Positions 60,164-64,000 of a stretch of 64,000 nt of DNA are shown in pieces. The translations under genes and the position numbers were made by a program. Below the pieces are notes generated by a model that was not told the DNA's origin, searched no databases, and saw only the letters and a program-made list of their open reading frames with translations. Source of the stretch: Akkermansiaceae bacterium UBA7890 (GTDB lineage: Bacteria > Verrucomicrobiota > Verrucomicrobiia > Verrucomicrobiales > Akkermansiaceae). Location: positions 133,048 through 197,047 of the forward strand of contig DLRK01000196.1 in assembly GCA_002501065.1 (NCBI GenBank), in the 5' to 3' direction. Within the stretch, counting starts at the first letter, position 1, and each line of letters starts with the position of its first letter.

Positions 60164-60177
60164 TTGATCTGGATCAT
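60164..60177. promoter_or_regulatory. FNR-type box, one mismatch (TTGATctggATCAT)
   Basis: Lies in the relatively AT-rich divergent region. Its centre is 60.5 bp upstream of GTG 60231 (87.5 from ATG 60258) and 203.5 bp from ATG 59967 (minus). Confidence 0.4.
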
Positions 60178-60230
60178 CAACTGACCGGTTTTCGGGCGCA
60201 CGAGAACGTGAAGAGTGGCATTGTGGGGCG

Positions 60231-61790
60231 GTGAATCAGGACATGGGTTCCGACTTCATGAAACGGAACTCTGATCCAAGTGCCGTTCGACCGGCCGATG
60301 TAGTCAAGTTCGGCACAATTCTGGCGGCCACGCTGTTTTCCATCCTGGGTGCACATGCTTCCGAGAAAAGCACGGTCCCGACCACCCGCCAGCAGGCCGT
60401 TCATGCCCTCAATCGCCTTGCCTTCGGTCCCGCCTCTGGAGACGTCGACCGCGTGGTGAACGTGGGGTGGCGCGCCTGGGTCGAACAACAACTCGACCCG
60501 AAGTCGATTGATGACAGCTCCCTGGAGCGGCGCCTCAGAAAATTCCCCTCGTTGGAGATGAGCATGGCTCAGACCTACCGCAGCTATCGACCCCCGAGGG
60601 CTCTCGTGCCGGAGACGTCCCGCGAGCAGAGGAAACTCGAACTGGAAAAACAACGATTGCGCAGGGGTCTCCAGAGAGAACTCGACGAGTCGGTCTTCCT
60701 GCGGGCTGCCGAGAGCAGGCGGCAGTTCAATGAAGTGATCGTCAATTTCTGGCGTAATCACCTGAACATCGATTGTAACAAATCCCCTTACTGGGCCAAC
60801 CATTACGAAGTGAACGTCCTGCGAAAACACGCCTTCGGGATGTGGGAGGACCTCCTCATGGCCTCCGCAAAGCACCCCGCCATGCTGGTCTATCTCGACA
60901 ATTACCACTCGAAGAAGGGGAACATCAACGAAAACTACGCGCGTGAATTGATGGAGCTGCACACCCTGGGGGTCGATAATTGCTACACTCAACAGGACGT
61001 GGGCGAACTCACGCGGGTCCTCACCGGATGGACCTGCTTCTGGCGTTATGATGACGACGGAACGGAACACTGGCGCTTCATTTTCCGCGCGAATCACCAC
61101 GATTCGGACCCTGCCACCGTTCTTGGGCTGCGGCTCGATGGAAACGGCGGCCTGACCGATGGCGAGATGGCGGTGCGATACCTGGCTCATCACGAAGGGA
61201 CGGCTCGCTTCCTCGCCCGCAAACTCTGTCGCCACCTCGTCAGCGATGATCCACCTGAAGCCCTCGTCGACCATGTGGCCGCAGTCTTCCGTGCCACGCG
61301 GGGTGATCTCACCAAGGTCTACCGTGCCATCATCCTGAGCCCCGAGTTCATGGATCCGGTCTTTTACGGTAGCAAGCACAAGACGCCGTTTGAATTCGTG
61401 ATCAGCGCGGTGCGCGCCACGGGTGCATGTGTTGAGAATCCACGACGGACCCTGCAGGCTCTTGAGGTGATGGGACAGCCTGTCTTCAAGTGCGGGGTGC
61501 CCACCGGTTATTCCGATCAGGCCGAGGCCTGGCTTGATCCCGGCGCCCTGGTTCACCGTTGGAACTTCGCGATGCGCTTCGCCAACGACAAGGAGGACGG
61601 TGTGGCCATCCCCGCGACGTTCCATGAACGCATGGCCGGATCACCCCCGGTCGAGATGCGTCGACAAACGATCGATGCCATCCTTCCCGGAGGGCCCGGG
61701 ACAGACCTGGCAAAGAGCCTGAGCAAAACCGGGGACCCGCGGCGTATGATCGCACTGGCATTGGGATCGCCAGCCTTTCAACAGCAATAG
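60231..61790 (+). CDS. DUF1800 domain-containing protein
   Basis: 519 aa from GTG 60231; in-frame ATGs lie at 60243 and 60258 (MKRNSDPSAV...ILAATLFSILGAHA). Blocks: VNFWRNHLNID, ARELMELHTLGVDNCYTQQDV, TGW. The stop lies 1 nt before the DUF1501 ATG. Confidence 0.85.
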   Translation: MNQDMGSDFMKRNSDPSAVRPADVVKFGTILAATLFSILGAHASEKSTVPTTRQQAVHALNRLAFGPASGDVDRVVNVGWRAWVEQQLDPKSIDDSSLERRLRKFPSLEMSMAQTYRSYRPPRALVPETSREQRKLELEKQRLRRGLQRELDESVFLRAAESRRQFNEVIVNFWRNHLNIDCNKSPYWANHYEVNVLRKHAFGMWEDLLMASAKHPAMLVYLDNYHSKKGNINENYARELMELHTLGVDNCYTQQDVGELTRVLTGWTCFWRYDDDGTEHWRFIFRANHHDSDPATVLGLRLDGNGGLTDGEMAVRYLAHHEGTARFLARKLCRHLVSDDPPEALVDHVAAVFRATRGDLTKVYRAIILSPEFMDPVFYGSKHKTPFEFVISAVRATGACVENPRRTLQALEVMGQPVFKCGVPTGYSDQAEAWLDPGALVHRWNFAMRFANDKEDGVAIPATFHERMAGSPPVEMRRQTIDAILPGGPGTDLAKSLSKTGDPRRMIALALGSPAFQQQ

Positions 61791-61791
61791 C

Positions 61792-63078
61792 ATGAACAGT
61801 TCGCGACGACGATTCATCAACCGGTCAGGCTCTTGCCTGCTGGGGGCCTCAACCCTGGGGTCGCTTGCGGCAGTGGAGAGGGGGCGGGCCGATCGGAACC
61901 CCAGGCAGGATCAGGAGGATCCGGTTCTCGTGACCGTCTACCTGCGCGGCGGGGTGGATTCGCTCGGGGTGCTGGTGCCATACCGGGAGAAACGTTACGC
62001 GGAAATCCGCCCGACCATTGCCGTTCCGGCGCCCGATGCCAGGGAAGGCAGGGTCTCTCTGCCGCTCGACGGGACCTTTGCGCTGAATCCGAACATGCCG
62101 GGACTGCATGCGCTCTATGAAAAGGGTGATTGTGTTCCAGTGGTGTGCGTCGGATCGCATCACTCCACCCGGAGCCATTTCGATGCACAGGATTTCATGG
62201 AGCGCGGTGCACCCGGCCTCCGTCACGTCAAGGACGGCTGGCTGAATCGCTATCTCGCCGAAACGAAGAGCAAACGTGATGTTCCTCTGCGGGCCCTCGC
62301 CCTGCAACCCCGCCTTCCGCGATCACTGCGCGGATCCTATCCGGTGCTCGCGGTACCGGAGCAGGGGACCACTGCGCAAGTAATGGATGAATTTTCGGAT
62401 CTCTTCGGCCTCCCGCCTGCCGCGGAGGGAAGCAGCCGAGGTGAAGGAGAACGTGCCATGCAACGGCAAATCCGTCAGAGCGGACACGACACCATCAAGC
62501 AGTTGCGTTTTCTCAACGACATCCTGGCACAGAGCGAAGGGGATGGGGCTCCCGATTACCCCGACAGCCCCTTTGCCCGGCGGATGCAGAAGATTGCGAA
62601 GGTCATCAAGGCGAAGAGTGGGTTGGAGATCGCTGCGGTGGACTACAACGGCTGGGATCATCACGTCGATGAAGGCCCGGTCGATGGCAACATGGCCCGG
62701 CATCTTGCCAGCGTGAGTGACGGCATTGAAGCGTTCGCCAGGGACCTGGGATCCCGTATGAGCCGGGTGCTGGTGCTGGTCATGAGTGAGTTCGGCCGGA
62801 CTGTGAAGGAGAACGGCAACGAGGGCACGGATCACGGTCACGGTGGTCTCATGCTGGCGGTGGGAGGAATGCTCAACGGCAAGCAGGTGTGCGGCCGGTG
62901 GACGGGACTCGAAGCGGGCAAGCTCTACGAAGAACGCGATCTTCCGGTGCACACCGATTTCCGGGTCGTGCTGGCCGAAACTCTGCATGGACTCTTTGGA
63001 TTCGACGGAATCAAGGCGGGGCTCTTTCCCGAGTACACCCCCACATCACCGCCCCTCGAATTCATGCGACCGGGGTGA
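61792..63078 (+). CDS. DUF1501 domain-containing protein with twin-arginine signal
   Basis: 428 aa. MNSSRRRFINRSGSCLLGAS (Tat). Motifs: VYLRGGVDSLGVLVPY, HSTRSHFDAQDFME, GWDHH, GNEGTDHGHGG. Confidence 0.9.
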   Translation: MNSSRRRFINRSGSCLLGASTLGSLAAVERGRADRNPRQDQEDPVLVTVYLRGGVDSLGVLVPYREKRYAEIRPTIAVPAPDAREGRVSLPLDGTFALNPNMPGLHALYEKGDCVPVVCVGSHHSTRSHFDAQDFMERGAPGLRHVKDGWLNRYLAETKSKRDVPLRALALQPRLPRSLRGSYPVLAVPEQGTTAQVMDEFSDLFGLPPAAEGSSRGEGERAMQRQIRQSGHDTIKQLRFLNDILAQSEGDGAPDYPDSPFARRMQKIAKVIKAKSGLEIAAVDYNGWDHHVDEGPVDGNMARHLASVSDGIEAFARDLGSRMSRVLVLVMSEFGRTVKENGNEGTDHGHGGLMLAVGGMLNGKQVCGRWTGLEAGKLYEERDLPVHTDFRVVLAETLHGLFGFDGIKAGLFPEYTPTSPPLEFMRPG

Positions 63079-63109
63079 GGAGGGGGAGAAGAAACCTGTC
63101 TCTCCCGTT

Positions 63110-64000
63110 CTACCCCAGCGACCACCCGTCCCGATAAGGCCGCTTTACCCACTTGTTGGCCTCCTCGTGGTTGGTGATGCGCAGCTTGTCGTTGTTCCAG
63201 AGTAGTTTCTTGCCGGGGAAGCGCTTGGCGACATTGCCGAGGAGGGTGATTTCGGTGAGGGGCCCGCCGTAACCGAAGTGGGCGCCGGCGGGTTTGCCGG
63301 CTTTGCAGGCGCGGATCCAATCCTGCTCATGGCCACCCTTGACTCGTTCGATGGTCCTGGCCGGGGGGTTGAAGGCCTTCATGGCGGTTTCGGGAATGAG
63401 CTGCGGATTCTGACCGTAGACCCCGCACAAGATCGTGCCCTTGTCCCCCTTGAAGATGACTCCGCCTTCCCTGGGCAAGGCACGGCCTTTTTCCAGTTCC
63501 TCCGGGCGAGGCGGTTCCTGTCCTTCATACCAGGTCAGCTTGAGAGGGGGGGAGCTATCGCGTTTCGGAAAGTGGTAAGTGACCACCGCCTTGGCCGGAT
63601 GCACCTCCATATTGCCACCCTCGACGGTGGCTTCGATGCTATCCGGGGCACCGAGCTTCAGCGCCGAGACAATGGGATCAAAGGTGTGCACGCCGCGGTC
63701 GCCCATCATGCCGCAACCGAAATCCCACCAGCAGCGCCAGACTTTGGGATGATAGCAACTGTGGTAGGGACGCATGGGGGCGGGGCCGATCCAGGTATCC
63801 CAATCCAGACCGGCTGGAAGCGACTGGCCTTTGTCGGGGCGATCGCTCAAGGGGGAACTCCACCAGGTGTGGCCATGTGGCGCGTAGGACAGGCTGCACC
63901 AGGCGTCGACTTCTTCGATCGTTCCGATCGCACCGGACCAGATCCACTCGCTGATCTGCATGCGGCCTTCACCCGAATGCCCCTGGATGCCGAGTTGGGT
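63110..64000 (-). CDS. Gfo/Idh/MocA family oxidoreductase, C-terminal part; 5' end beyond the right edge
   Basis: The track ORF starts at Met 63961, but the frame stays open to base 64000. My translation of the last 39 nt is TQLGIQGHSGEGR, directly preceding MQISEWIWSGAIG. That is an internal motif of PVC-type Gfo/Idh/MocA proteins, so the Rossmann domain must lie outside the window. Confidence 0.8.
   Translation of the reverse strand, partial: TQLGIQGHSGEGRMQISEWIWSGAIGTIEEVDAWCSLSYAPHGHTWWSSPLSDRPDKGQSLPAGLDWDTWIGPAPMRPYHSCYHPKVWRCWWDFGCGMMGDRGVHTFDPIVSALKLGAPDSIEATVEGGNMEVHPAKAVVTYHFPKRDSSPPLKLTWYEGQEPPRPEELEKGRALPREGGVIFKGDKGTILCGVYGQNPQLIPETAMKAFNPPARTIERVKGGHEQDWIRACKAGKPAGAHFGYGGPLTEITLLGNVAKRFPGKKLLWNNDKLRITNHEEANKWVKRPYRDGWSLG

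Noticed and set aside
1-63078. The two DUF1800/DUF1501 pairs as a recent inverted duplication flanking the island
   Set aside because: The protein sequences of the two pairs differ strongly even in N-terminal and core regions (for example, ILVVIEMSGGNDTLSTLIPYGN against VLVTVYLRGGVDSLGVLVPYRE). They are old paralogues, not repeat arms.
63084-63106. GGGAGA ... TCTCCC inverted repeat between the convergent DUF1501 and Gfo/Idh/MocA genes
   Set aside because: The stem is only 6 bp with an 11-nt loop and no U-tract, which is too weak to call a terminator.
1-64000. A mobile genomic island, prophage or defence island
   Set aside because: I recognised no integrase, transposase, phage, toxin-antitoxin, restriction or CRISPR-Cas gene, no flanking tRNA and no long direct repeats. 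The two gene remnants suggest local rearrangement only.

Overview
High-GC (about 60% by eye), almost fully coding chromosomal segment: about 37 CDS and two gene remnants. I recognised no rRNA, tRNA, CRISPR array, transposase or integrase. Gene content looks like the PVC superphylum (Verrucomicrobiota/Planctomycetota-like): two DUF1800/DUF1501 pairs, Tat-signal Gfo/Idh/MocA oxidoreductases with xylose-isomerase-like TIM-barrel partners, ThuA, PVC-type dehydrogenase propellers, a sulfatase, GH32, heparinase II/III-like and BNR_4-like genes. Two signals stand out. (1) Eight paralogous secreted proteins (716-1240 aa) join a TolB/PD40-like beta-propeller to a conserved c-type haem block (GTVPVExDGSAxFxVP ... 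MRSF ... PGE..SCVGCH). Seven of them also carry a second VQPxLDRHCxxCH module. This is the domain architecture of hydrazine synthase subunit alpha (HzsA-related / HZS_alpha-type), but there is no anammox context. The paralogues carry different accessory domains (HEAT+discoidin, CBM-like, Fn3-like, FGE/SUMF1-like). They sit among glycan-degrading and periplasmic sugar-oxidising genes, two blue-copper domains, a propeller::di-haem peroxidase fusion, haem A synthase, a DsbD-N-like protein and RIC. I count 20 CxxCH motifs in the window. (2) A 14-bp FNR/FixK/Dnr-type palindrome, TTGAY-N4-RTCAA, occurs in eight intergenic promoter regions (four are perfect TTGAT-N4-ATCAA), with two one-mismatch copies in two further promoter regions. 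My by-eye scan found none inside coding sequence. This suggests the ~57-kb island is one regulon of an unlinked CRP/FNR-family regulator. All domain calls come from motif recognition by eye, since no searches could be run. Start codons are the least certain coordinates, because the ORF track also uses GTG/TTG starts.
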